Assembly (NCBI GenBank): GCA_902538445.1
Contig: CACBFE010000005.1
Location: 1,319 to 65,318 of the forward strand
Direction of reading: 5' to 3'
Source of the DNA: an uncultured Pelagibacteraceae bacterium
GTDB lineage: Bacteria; Pseudomonadota; Alphaproteobacteria; Pelagibacterales; Pelagibacteraceae
DNA: 64,000 nt
The translations under genes and the position numbers were made by a program. The notes below the pieces were generated by a model, which was not told the DNA's origin, ran no database searches, and saw only the letters and a program-made list of their open reading frames with translations. Shown piece by piece: positions 37,279 to 45,712 of this stretch. The stretch's first letter is position 1. Every line of letters begins with the position of its first letter.

Positions 37279-39308
37279 TTAATTAATTTTTTTTTATATC
37301 GCTCCCATCCAGGGCTTCTATATCCCTCATCAAACTCTATCGAACTATCCTGATTAAATTCAAAATCATCTATCTCATTAGTATCGATTTCATTTTTTTC
37401 TACACTCCCGTCTGGTATCTCATTAATAAATCGTGAAGGTAAAGTGTCAATCCAATCTCCGTGATATGCCCTTTTCATTGCAAAAGATAAATATGCTTCT
37501 TTTTTTGCTCTAGTTATTCCAACGTAAGCTAATCTTCTCTCTTCCTCTAAAGCAAAATCACCCTTTTCCTCTAAGGATTTTTGATGAGGAAACAAACCTT
37601 CTTCCCAACCAGGCAGAAATATCACGTCAAATTCTAATCCTTTCGCAGCATGCATTGTCATTAAATTTACTTTTTCCCCCTCCCATTCTTGATCTATTGA
37701 TGTCGCTAATGCCACATGTTCGAGAAAACTTTGTAAACTGTCGTAATCCTGCATAGCTCTTAATAATTCTTTTAAATTTTCCAACCTATTTTCGTTTTCT
37801 AAATCTTTCTTGTCTTTTAACATTGATGAATAACCTGACTCATCCAATACTAATTTTAATAAATCAAAATGCTTAATCTTTAGAGAGTCTTTACGCCATT
37901 TTTGAATCATATTTATTAACTGATTAAGCGAGGTTTTGATCTTAGGTTTAAATTCACCTTTTTCTATTATTTTTATAATAGAGTCCTCTAAACATAATTT
38001 ATGAGCTTTACCAAATTTATAAATTTGATTTACTGTACTTTCACCAACCCCACGCTTAGGCACTCCAATAATTCTCTCAAGAGCTAAATCATCAAACTTT
38101 TGATTTATAATTCGCAAATAACATACAGCATCTTTTATTTCAGCTCTTTCATAAAATTTTATACCTCCTAGTACTCTGTAGCCAATACCCACTTGAAGAA
38201 ATCTTTCCTCAAACTCTCTAGTTTGATAAATTGCTCTTACTAATATTGACACATCATTTAGCGAAAATTTTTTTTTGATTTTTTGTTCAATAATATCACT
38301 CACCCCTTGGGCTTCATCTTTACCAGTTCTATAACAATTCAGTTTTACTAATTCTCCTTGATTTGCCGATGACCAAAGTTTTTTTCCAACTCTATTAGTA
38401 TTATTTGAAATTAAGTTAGATGCGGTTTCCAAAATATTTTTTGTAGATCTGTAATTTTGCTCTAATTTAAAAACTTTACAATTTTTATAAATTTGATCAA
38501 ATGTGAGAAAATTTTTGATTTCTGCCCCTCTCCAACTATAGATAGACTGATCATCATCACCAACACAACAAATATTTTCCTTTTCGTTGACTAGTAAATT
38601 CAACCATTTATTTTGAATAAAATTAGTATCTTGAAACTCATCTACCAAAATATACTTAAAATTATTTTGATATATTTTTTTTATATCTTTATGTTCTTCA
38701 AAAAGTTTAACGCAAAATAAAATTAAATCACCAAAATCAAAAGCATTTAGGTCTTTAGTTTTATTTTGATATATTTCATATACCTTTAAAATTGATTTAA
38801 TGATTGTATTTGATTTTTGTATTTTTACATCTTTAGGTAAGAGGCCTTTATTTTTCCATTGATCAATGTGATACAAGATTAATTGAGGTGAAAATTTTTT
38901 TGCATCCAAATCTTCACCTTTTACAATATTTCTTACCAATTTCTTTTGGTCATCGGAATCCAAAATTGTAAAATTACTCTTATATCCAAGAGCCTCAGCG
39001 TGCTTTCTCAAAAATTTTACACTTATAGAATGGAAAGTTCCAAGCCAAGGTATAGCATTCGAATTACCTTTAATAAATTGCATAACTCTATTTTGCATTT
39101 CTTTTGCAGCCTTGTTTGTAAAAGTCACGCATAATATTTGGTTGGGCCAAGCTTTTTTTTGATTTATAATATGAATAAGTCTAGTAGTAAGAACTCTAGT
39201 TTTCCCAGACCCTGCGCCTGCAACAATTAAATTTGGCCCCTCGGTGCTTAAGACTGCTTCCTTTTGTTCTTTGTTAAGGTTTTTAATTAAATTTTCTATG
39301 TTATTCAT
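37275..39308 (-). CDS. uvrD: UvrD/PcrA-family ATP-dependent DNA helicase
   Basis: AGAGSGKT, TFTNKAA.EM, DEFQDTN, GDDDQSIYSWRGA, NYRS, HAAKGLEF, EERRLAYVGITRA. Confidence 0.96.
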
Positions 39309-39352
39309 AAGAGAGAATTTTCATTTATATACTAGTTATAAAAATAAAAAAA

Positions 39353-40756
39353 ATGATTATTAAATTTTATAAAACAATTCACAATAAATACTCTAGATTT
39401 ATCAGATTTATTTTTTTCTTAAGGTACTTATTTTTAATATTTTTGATCACAATTTTGTTGTTTTTATTTATACCTAAATTTTTTGATTATGAAAAAAAAG
39501 CAGATGTTTTTAAAAATTATCTTTTAAAAAACTATGATTTTAATATTTTAAAACATGAAAAAATTGAATTTAGTCCTTTACCTATACCAAAAATTGAATT
39601 TCACAATGTTTTAATAAAAGTAGGAGAAACACCCATGGAATTAAATGTCCAAAAACTACAAATATATCCCAAGATTTTTAATATTTATAATTACAATAAT
39701 TTTGAGTCAAATAAAATTATATTTAAAAAAAGTAACATTAGTCTGCAAAATTTCGATTTTCAATTTTTGATTAAAAAATTGATCAGTCAAAAAAGTAAAT
39801 TAAATTTAAATAAAATTGATTTTTATATTTATAATAAAAATAAGTTATTAGTTACTTTGGATAATGTTAAGTTCGCTAATTATGGATTAAAAAAAAATAT
39901 TGTAAATGGAAATATTTTTGGCAAAAAATTTGAAGTAAAAATAAATGATAAGTTTAATCAGGCTAATTTTAAACTAATTAATTCTGGCATTAGTTTTGTC
40001 ATTAATTTAAATGAGAGAAAAATTCAAAATTTAATTAAAGGAACTGTTAAATCAAAAATACTTGGTACAAATTTAAAATTTGATTTTAAATATAATCAAA
40101 AATCATTTGATATTTATAATTCATTCTTTAGAAGTAAAAATTTATCATTTAGCAATCAAAGCAAAATAAATTTAAACCCTTTTTTAGATATTTATTCAGA
40201 TTTCGAAATTCTAAATATTAACTTTAAAATTTTTGAAAAAATTCAAATAGACAAATTGCTCTCTTTTAAAAATGTTTTAAAAAAAATAAACGCTAAAAAT
40301 GAAATAAGTTTTACTTCAAAAAAATTAAGCAATAATTTAAAAAGTGATTTTAAAATAAAATTTGATTTAGCATATGGTAGATTAGATTTTTTAAAAAATT
40401 TATCGTTCACAGACAATTTTTTTCGATGTAATGGCACTACAAATTTATTGGAAGAAAATCCTGTAATATTTTTTGATTGTTTAATTAATTCAAAAAATAA
40501 ACATAGTCTTTTAAAAAAGTTTAATATTAAAAAAAAAAGAGATACCAAAATTTTAAATATTTATGCTAAAGGAAGTTTGGCTATTTTAAATAATAAAATT
40601 AATTTTAAAAATATTGAAGTAAATGATAAATATAAAGCATCAAATGAAGACTTAAAGTTTTTTAAAGAGATGTTTGAAAATATATTACTTGAAAATGGTT
40701 TAATTAAAATTTTTGACACTAAGAAAATAAAAAAATTTATTTTGGAGGTTTCTTAA
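39353..40756 (+). CDS. AsmA-like membrane-anchored protein (highly diverged)
   Basis: N-terminal TM followed by P.FFDY and I...PLP.P.I pattern typical of AsmA N-termini; beta-rich, very K/N/F/I-rich. Confidence 0.5.
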   Translation: MIIKFYKTIHNKYSRFIRFIFFLRYLFLIFLITILLFLFIPKFFDYEKKADVFKNYLLKNYDFNILKHEKIEFSPLPIPKIEFHNVLIKVGETPMELNVQKLQIYPKIFNIYNYNNFESNKIIFKKSNISLQNFDFQFLIKKLISQKSKLNLNKIDFYIYNKNKLLVTLDNVKFANYGLKKNIVNGNIFGKKFEVKINDKFNQANFKLINSGISFVINLNERKIQNLIKGTVKSKILGTNLKFDFKYNQKSFDIYNSFFRSKNLSFSNQSKINLNPFLDIYSDFEILNINFKIFEKIQIDKLLSFKNVLKKINAKNEISFTSKKLSNNLKSDFKIKFDLAYGRLDFLKNLSFTDNFFRCNGTTNLLEENPVIFFDCLINSKNKHSLLKKFNIKKKRDTKILNIYAKGSLAILNNKINFKNIEVNDKYKASNEDLKFFKEMFENILLENGLIKIFDTKKIKKFILEVS

Positions 40757-42145
40757 TTATTTAGGTCTAGTCATCTTTAATGGACTCATAATTATATCGT
40801 ATTCCTTTTCTCCTATTAAACCTGACTTAATAACTTCTTGTTTTAAAGTAGTACCGTTTCTGTGTGCTGTCTTTGCAATATGAGCAGCTTTATCATAACC
40901 AATTTTCGGCGCTAATGCTGTAACCAACATTAAAGAATTTTCTAACAAATGTTTTATTCTTTTCTTGTCAGCTTTTATTCCTTTTACGCAATACAAAGCA
41001 AAAGTTTTTGAGGAGTCGCTCATAATCTCTATTGATTGCAAAATGTTATGAATAATCAATGGTTTAAAAACATTAAGTTCAAAATGTCCATGAGAACCAG
41101 CCATCGTTATACCATTGTGATTACCTATAACTTTTACACAAACCATGGTAACTGCTTCTGATTGGGTTGGATTTATCTTTCCTGGCATTATAGACGAACC
41201 TGGTTCGTTTGAGGGAAGAATTAGTTCACCATAACCAGCTCTAGGACCTGATCCTAAAAATCTAATATCATTAGCAATTTTCATTAAACAAACAGCTGTA
41301 GTATTTAATGTGCCTGAAAAATTTACTATTTCATCATGAGCAGCTAATGCTGCAAATTTATTATTTGCTGTTTTAAACGGAATTTTAGTTATTTTACTTA
41401 TTTCTTTTACGATTTTTTTGTCAAAACCCTTTCTAGTATTAAGACCAGTTCCAACAGCGGTACCACCTTGTGCTAAAAAATGAATTTCCTTTAAGGCGTT
41501 TTCAATTCTAATTATACATTTTTTAAGTTGGGAATGATAACCAGAGAACTCTTGTCCTAAAGTTAAAGGCGTTGCGTCTTGTAAGTGAGTTCTTCCAACT
41601 TTTACTATATTTTTAAATTCTTTAGATTTTTTGGCCAATTCCTTTTCTAAAATTTTTAGTGAGGGTAAAAGCTTATCTTTGGCTTTAATTGCAATTGCGA
41701 TGTGCATTGCTGTGGGAAAAACATCATTAGTAGACTGAGACTTGTTTACATGATCATTCGGATGAACTGGATTTTTAGAACCTAATTTACCACCCATCAT
41801 TTGGATAGCTCTATTAGCAATTACTTCGTTAACATTCATATTAGTTTGAGTCCCTGATCCGGTTTGCCAAACTTTTAGAGGGAAATGATTATCGAGTTTT
41901 CCTTTTACCACCTCTTCGGAAGCTTTAATTATATACTTACTAATCTTAGGGTCTAAATCTTTATTCTTAGCATTAACTATTGCTGCAGCTTTTTTAATGA
42001 TTGCTATAGAATGAATTACTATAGGCCTTACTAAAAAATCACCAATATTGAAATATTTGTTAGATCTCTCTGTTGAAGCCCCCCAATACTTATCACCAGG
42101 AACTTTAATTTTTCCTATACTATCGAATTCTACTCTGTATTTCAT
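40757..42145 (-). CDS. fumC: Class II fumarate hydratase
   Basis: [45 protein letters not shown]; start set at ATG 42145 (MKYRVEFD). Confidence 0.98.
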   Translation of the reverse strand: MKYRVEFDSIGKIKVPGDKYWGASTERSNKYFNIGDFLVRPIVIHSIAIIKKAAAIVNAKNKDLDPKISKYIIKASEEVVKGKLDNHFPLKVWQTGSGTQTNMNVNEVIANRAIQMMGGKLGSKNPVHPNDHVNKSQSTNDVFPTAMHIAIAIKAKDKLLPSLKILEKELAKKSKEFKNIVKVGRTHLQDATPLTLGQEFSGYHSQLKKCIIRIENALKEIHFLAQGGTAVGTGLNTRKGFDKKIVKEISKITKIPFKTANNKFAALAAHDEIVNFSGTLNTTAVCLMKIANDIRFLGSGPRAGYGELILPSNEPGSSIMPGKINPTQSEAVTMVCVKVIGNHNGITMAGSHGHFELNVFKPLIIHNILQSIEIMSDSSKTFALYCVKGIKADKKRIKHLLENSLMLVTALAPKIGYDKAAHIAKTAHRNGTTLKQEVIKSGLIGEKEYDIIMSPLKMTRPK

Positions 42146-42205
42146 ATTTGATTCATTGATATAATACACTCTTATTAAATAATTATAAAATATAAAGGAT
42201 AAGAA

Positions 42206-42577
42206 ATGACTAATTTTGAAAGTGTTGAAAAATTTATGAGGACGTTTAATCAAGAAATAAAGAAAAAAGCTAGTTTTCCTAATGATAAAATCATCTCCCT
42301 TAGATATGACTTAATAAAAGAAGAGCTAGAAGAACTAAAGCAGGCCATAGATAATAAAGATATAAAGGAGGTGGCAGATGCTTTGACAGATATTCTTTAC
42401 GTTACGTACGGAGCAGGACATGCATTTGGAATTAATTTAGATAAATGTTTTGCTGAAGTGCAAAATTCAAATATGAGTAAACTGGGCTTAAATGGAAAGC
42501 CTATTTATAATGAAAAAGGCAAAGTAATGAAAGGACCTAATTATTTCAAACCTGATTTAAGAAAGTTTGTAGCATGA
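42206..42577 (+). CDS. MazG-like nucleoside triphosphate pyrophosphohydrolase (PRA-PH/DR2231-like)
   Basis: [37 protein letters not shown]. Confidence 0.88.
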   Translation: MTNFESVEKFMRTFNQEIKKKASFPNDKIISLRYDLIKEELEELKQAIDNKDIKEVADALTDILYVTYGAGHAFGINLDKCFAEVQNSNMSKLGLNGKPIYNEKGKVMKGPNYFKPDLRKFVA

Positions 42578-42657
42578 TAAAAGATAATTATTATTGGATT
42601 TTGCTTGGTATAGCTGCTGGAATTTTAATCTATTTAGGAGACAAGTATATTTTTTAA
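42574..42657 (+). CDS. Putative 27-aa single-pass membrane microprotein
   Basis: ATGA overlap with upstream stop; [27 protein letters not shown]; hydrophobic core with GxxxG. Confidence 0.55.
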   Translation: MIKDNYYWILLGIAAGILIYLGDKYIF

Positions 42658-42684
42658 AATAATTTTATTAATTTATTAAATATT

Positions 42685-42999
42685 TTAACAGCCTTTCTTT
42701 ATTTTTAACTTGTTTAAATGCAATGCTCTCTCTTTTGCAGCTTTTGTCGCTTCATCAATATTTTTTAATGTTACTCCATATCCAGGAAAAAAGAAAAGTA
42801 TTGCTCCAATGTTATGAGGTTCACCTGCTTTTTTTGCTTTCTGAGCCTCATCCGCATATTGGTTTGCTTTTGAAATTTCAGCACTTAATTCCTTACAACT
42901 CATCTCATTGTCATTTGGACCAATCACGTTGACTACAGTCGGAGTTGCACACGAGATACAAAATAAAAATAAAGTTAATATTGATAAGATTTTTTTCAT
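42685..42999 (-). CDS. Hypothetical lipoprotein
   Basis: MKKILSILTLFLFCISC signal with lipobox-like Cys; SC..L..EI and terminal KKGC cysteine pair. Confidence 0.75.
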   Translation of the reverse strand: MKKILSILTLFLFCISCATPTVVNVIGPNDNEMSCKELSAEISKANQYADEAQKAKKAGEPHNIGAILFFFPGYGVTLKNIDEATKAAKERALHLNKLKIKKGC

Positions 43000-43012
43000 T
43001 AACAATACACTA

Positions 43013-43034
43013 GGGCTTTTTGTTGCCAGTTGCC
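43013..43034. repeat. Degenerate copy (19/22) of tmRNA coding-piece 3' end
   Basis: GGGCTTTTTGTTGCCAGTTGCC vs GGGCGTTCTGTTGCCAGGTGCC at 44067-44088. Confidence 0.8.
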
Positions 43035-43057
43035 TACAGTTTTAGTTAATATATTAA

Positions 43058-43420
43058 ATGTACGAATTATTTGCAAATTTTACTTTAATTTTACATTTAA
43101 TTTTTATTTTATTTGTGATTTTTGGTGGACTATTTTTTTTTATTTCTTCAAAAATTATTTATATTCATATTCCAGTATTATTTTGGGGGATTTACATTGA
43201 ACTAACTAACTCCATTTGCCCTTTAACTTATTTAGAAAACTGGTTTCTATATCAAGGAGGTTTAAAAACTTATTCTGATGATTTTATAAACAAGTATCTT
43301 TTTCCAATAATCTATCCTGAAGGCTTAACAACCGATATTCAATTATATCTTGGTATAGTGTTAATAATGATAAATATTTTTGTTTATGGATTAATTATTA
43401 AAAATTTAAAGAAAAAATAA
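43058..43420 (+). CDS. DUF2784-like membrane protein
   Basis: H..FILFVIFGG, HIP...WG..IE....CPLT.LEN, FI..YL.PIIYP. Confidence 0.85.
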   Translation: MYELFANFTLILHLIFILFVIFGGLFFFISSKIIYIHIPVLFWGIYIELTNSICPLTYLENWFLYQGGLKTYSDDFINKYLFPIIYPEGLTTDIQLYLGIVLIMINIFVYGLIIKNLKKK

Positions 43421-43421
43421 G

Positions 43422-43444
43422 GGGGCGTTCTGTTGCCAGGTGCC
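43422..43444. repeat. Perfect 23-bp copy of tmRNA coding-piece 3' end (att-like)
   Basis: GGGGCGTTCTGTTGCCAGGTGCC identical to 44066-44088. Confidence 0.95.
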
Positions 43445-43538
43445 GTGAACTTTGTAGCATAATTAAGTATTTTTTTCATCAAATCTAAAAAATTTAATAC
43501 GCAGGGCGGCTAGAGGGCGACAAGATCTTGTGTTAATA

Positions 43539-43925
43539 ATGCAAATGAATAAAAATTTTAAAAATATTATAATTGATCTTATTTATTTAATACTTGGTAT
43601 AGGTTTATTAGTATTAGTTATTTCAATTGTAAATACATCAAATTTTGTTCCTAACATATCGTTATGTGCTTCTTATCCAAATGTTTTGTGTGAAACACCA
43701 ATCATAAGAAATATATTAAATATCTTTAGTTTAAAATTTTGGGTTTCTATAATTTCATACTTAATAATTGGTATGACTACCTTTTCAATATTAGAATTTA
43801 TAGGATTGAAATCAACTGGAGGAGTAGGAGGTGGCAACGCAAAAAAATGGACTAGATACGGTTGGATTGCCGCTTTGATATTGTCACCAATATTTTTATT
43901 ACTATTAATTCTTTACGCAGATTAG
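43539..43925 (+). CDS. Hypothetical membrane protein (about 3 TM segments)
   Basis: ORF with three hydrophobic stretches, a Cys pair (LCASYPNVLC) and a Gly-rich loop (STGGVGGG); start uncertain (43530/43539/43545). Confidence 0.65.
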   Translation: MQMNKNFKNIIIDLIYLILGIGLLVLVISIVNTSNFVPNISLCASYPNVLCETPIIRNILNIFSLKFWVSIISYLIIGMTTFSILEFIGLKSTGGVGGGNAKKWTRYGWIAALILSPIFLLLLILYAD

Positions 43926-44065
43926 ATATTTTAAGTGGTTAATTTGAAACAATCTTTTAAATAGTCTATCACTTCTTTTTTATTTGTTAGGGCGACACAT
44001 GGGCGACATTTGCCTATGCATTGCACAGAAAGCATTGAAAAGATTCACTAAACTGAAATAAGGAA

Positions 44066-44324
44066 GGGGCGTTCTGTTGCCAGGTGCCCCAAACCCCGTT
44101 ACTTAATTAACAAAGTTAATTAAGCTGCAAGTGCGTAACTTTCGTTAGCATTTGTAAATTGGCCCGTTACGTCGGTACCATCTCGTACGAAAGAATAACT
44201 TTTAGACACCCGTCGATCCTAATTCACCCCCAAAAAGTTTTTATGGTGGAGGTGGTGGGTACTGCCCCCACGTCCGTAATGTTTATTACGAAATTCGTTT
44301 ATCGTCATAGTTAGCAAGCTAACC
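44066..44324 (-). ncRNA. ssrA: Two-piece (circularly permuted) tmRNA, tag peptide ANESYALAA
   Basis: Minus strand: acceptor piece ending CACCTCC-A-CCA at 44244, short intervening segment, coding piece starting GGGGGTG at 44231 (G3:U70 Ala pair), tag ORF 44149-44120 GCTAACGAAAGTTACGCACTTGCAGCTTAA, 3' hairpin GGGGC...GCCCC. Confidence 0.96.
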
Positions 44325-44329
44325 TATAA

Positions 44330-44335
44330 ATTATA
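44330..44335 (-). promoter_or_regulatory. Probable -10 box (TATAAT) of the ssrA promoter
   Basis: Perfect TATAAT on minus strand about 6 nt before the predicted 5' end near 44324. Confidence 0.6.
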
Positions 44336-44360
44336 CAATTTTATTGAATTTAATTAAAGA

Positions 44361-45647
44361 TTATTTGTTTGTATCATTAGAGATGACTCCAATTTCTCCA
44401 TCTTCCTCGAATGCTAGAAGTATTATGTTAAGTTTATTGTGAAATTTTATGTCCCTAATTCTCTCACCGATATAAATGTTTTCTTTGTAAATAACCCTAT
44501 CAAATATTTTGTTGAATTTAATTCTATAAATATGTCGACCATAAAGAGAGGATACTATAAAGTTGTCTTGAAAGTGTTTTGAAAAAGTATTTGGAAGTCT
44601 TATTATCTCTGAAATACCAATTGATTTTACAAAAGAATAGATTGGTTCTTCGAAATTATAATCGTAGTGATCTTTTTTATAAGTCGGTTTGTCGGTGTAA
44701 TCGACAAAATATTTTTCTCCATATGATGAAATTGGCCAACCATAGTTTTTTTGAAATATTATCTTGTTAATTTCATCTCCACCTTTAGGACCATGTTCTG
44801 TTTGAAGAATTAAATTTTTTTCAGCATACAGGCCTTGCGAAACTCTGTGACCTTTTGAAAAAATTATTGGATTTTTGTTTGCAAAATCTAAAAAGATTAT
44901 TTTACTATAGATTGATTCATCATCCTGAGGGGTGTTGTCAGGTTTATTATATTCGTGACCAAAGGTCGTAAAAATTATGCCATCCAAGTTATTGTGTTTG
45001 TAAAATTGCATTCTTCCACCAAAAATTATATATCCACATTCATTCGGAGAAAAAATTTTTTTAAAATTTAATTTTTCTGAATTTAAATCAGCAACAAAAA
45101 TTTCAATTTTTTTACAACCTTTAATTTCATTTGCCGCAGAAATATATAATTTTTTGTTATGTACCAAAATGTCTAAAACTTTATCAGACTCAAAATTTGT
45201 ACTATAAATTTTAGGTGATATTTCTTTAAAATCTGAAGAATTTATTTCATTTTCATTAATTGAGTAAACAGTACCCATATAATCAACTAACAAAATTTTA
45301 TCTTCAAAGATTTCTAAAAAAAAAGATCCATATCTAGGAGTAGCGATACCACTATTAGAGGATGGGTATCTCTTGTAATATTCAGGTTTGAAATTGATTT
45401 TATTTTTTATTAAATTTAATTTTTCATACTGTGTATTCGGTAAAAAAACAGTATTGTAATCATTATAAATATGCTCTCTCAAATTTTTGTTACTTCTGAT
45501 CTCTTTATGTAAAGATAGGTTGGGAATATTTTTGTATAAATAATCTTTGAATCCAAATAATTCAAACTTAATTGTAAATATAAAAAGTATAAAAATACTT
45601 AAAAATACAACCTTTTTTTTATGCACAGTTAAATATTTAAACATCAA
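44361..45647 (-). CDS. PQQ-dependent sugar dehydrogenase-like beta-propeller (glucose/sorbosone dehydrogenase family), membrane-anchored
   Basis: GGR, GHR..QGL, EHGP.GGDEIN, NYGWP, G.RIRD motifs; N-terminal TM. Confidence 0.82.
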   Translation of the reverse strand: MMFKYLTVHKKKVVFLSIFILFIFTIKFELFGFKDYLYKNIPNLSLHKEIRSNKNLREHIYNDYNTVFLPNTQYEKLNLIKNKINFKPEYYKRYPSSNSGIATPRYGSFFLEIFEDKILLVDYMGTVYSINENEINSSDFKEISPKIYSTNFESDKVLDILVHNKKLYISAANEIKGCKKIEIFVADLNSEKLNFKKIFSPNECGYIIFGGRMQFYKHNNLDGIIFTTFGHEYNKPDNTPQDDESIYSKIIFLDFANKNPIIFSKGHRVSQGLYAEKNLILQTEHGPKGGDEINKIIFQKNYGWPISSYGEKYFVDYTDKPTYKKDHYDYNFEEPIYSFVKSIGISEIIRLPNTFSKHFQDNFIVSSLYGRHIYRIKFNKIFDRVIYKENIYIGERIRDIKFHNKLNIILLAFEEDGEIGVISNDTNK

Positions 45648-45712
45648 TTCATTTCACAAAATTAAAAATTAAGTTATTAATATTAGAATCTAAAAATTAA
45701 TCAATAAATATA

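Larger units (their letters stand above)
43422..44088. mobile_element. Putative minimal integrative cassette at ssrA (644 bp between direct repeats, no integrase)
   Basis: Flanked by 23-bp direct repeats; paired GGGCGACA-like motifs at 43504/43515 and 43990/44001; one cargo ORF. Confidence 0.65.

Noticed and set aside
42146-42253. Extended N-termini in the ORF track for fumC (also trxB, amidase, murE, ftsW, ligA)
   Set aside because: The extensions use upstream alternative starts, often overlapping neighbouring genes; downstream ATGs match family N-termini better.
43384-43479. 31-aa minus-strand ORF (MKKILNYATKFTAPGNRTPP...) crossing the middle repeat
   Set aside because: It reads through the repeat into the antisense of the DUF2784-like gene, has no SD or recognisable features, and is probably chance.
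44010-44065. IHF-like site (GAAAGCATTGAAA) between arm-like motifs and core
   Set aside because: It has two mismatches to WATCAANNNNTTR in AT-rich DNA, too weak to call although compatible with the att model.
43013-44088. CRISPR interpretation of the 23-bp repeats
   Set aside because: Only three copies, separated by 410 and 644 bp containing whole genes; the repeat matches the tmRNA end; no cas genes are present.
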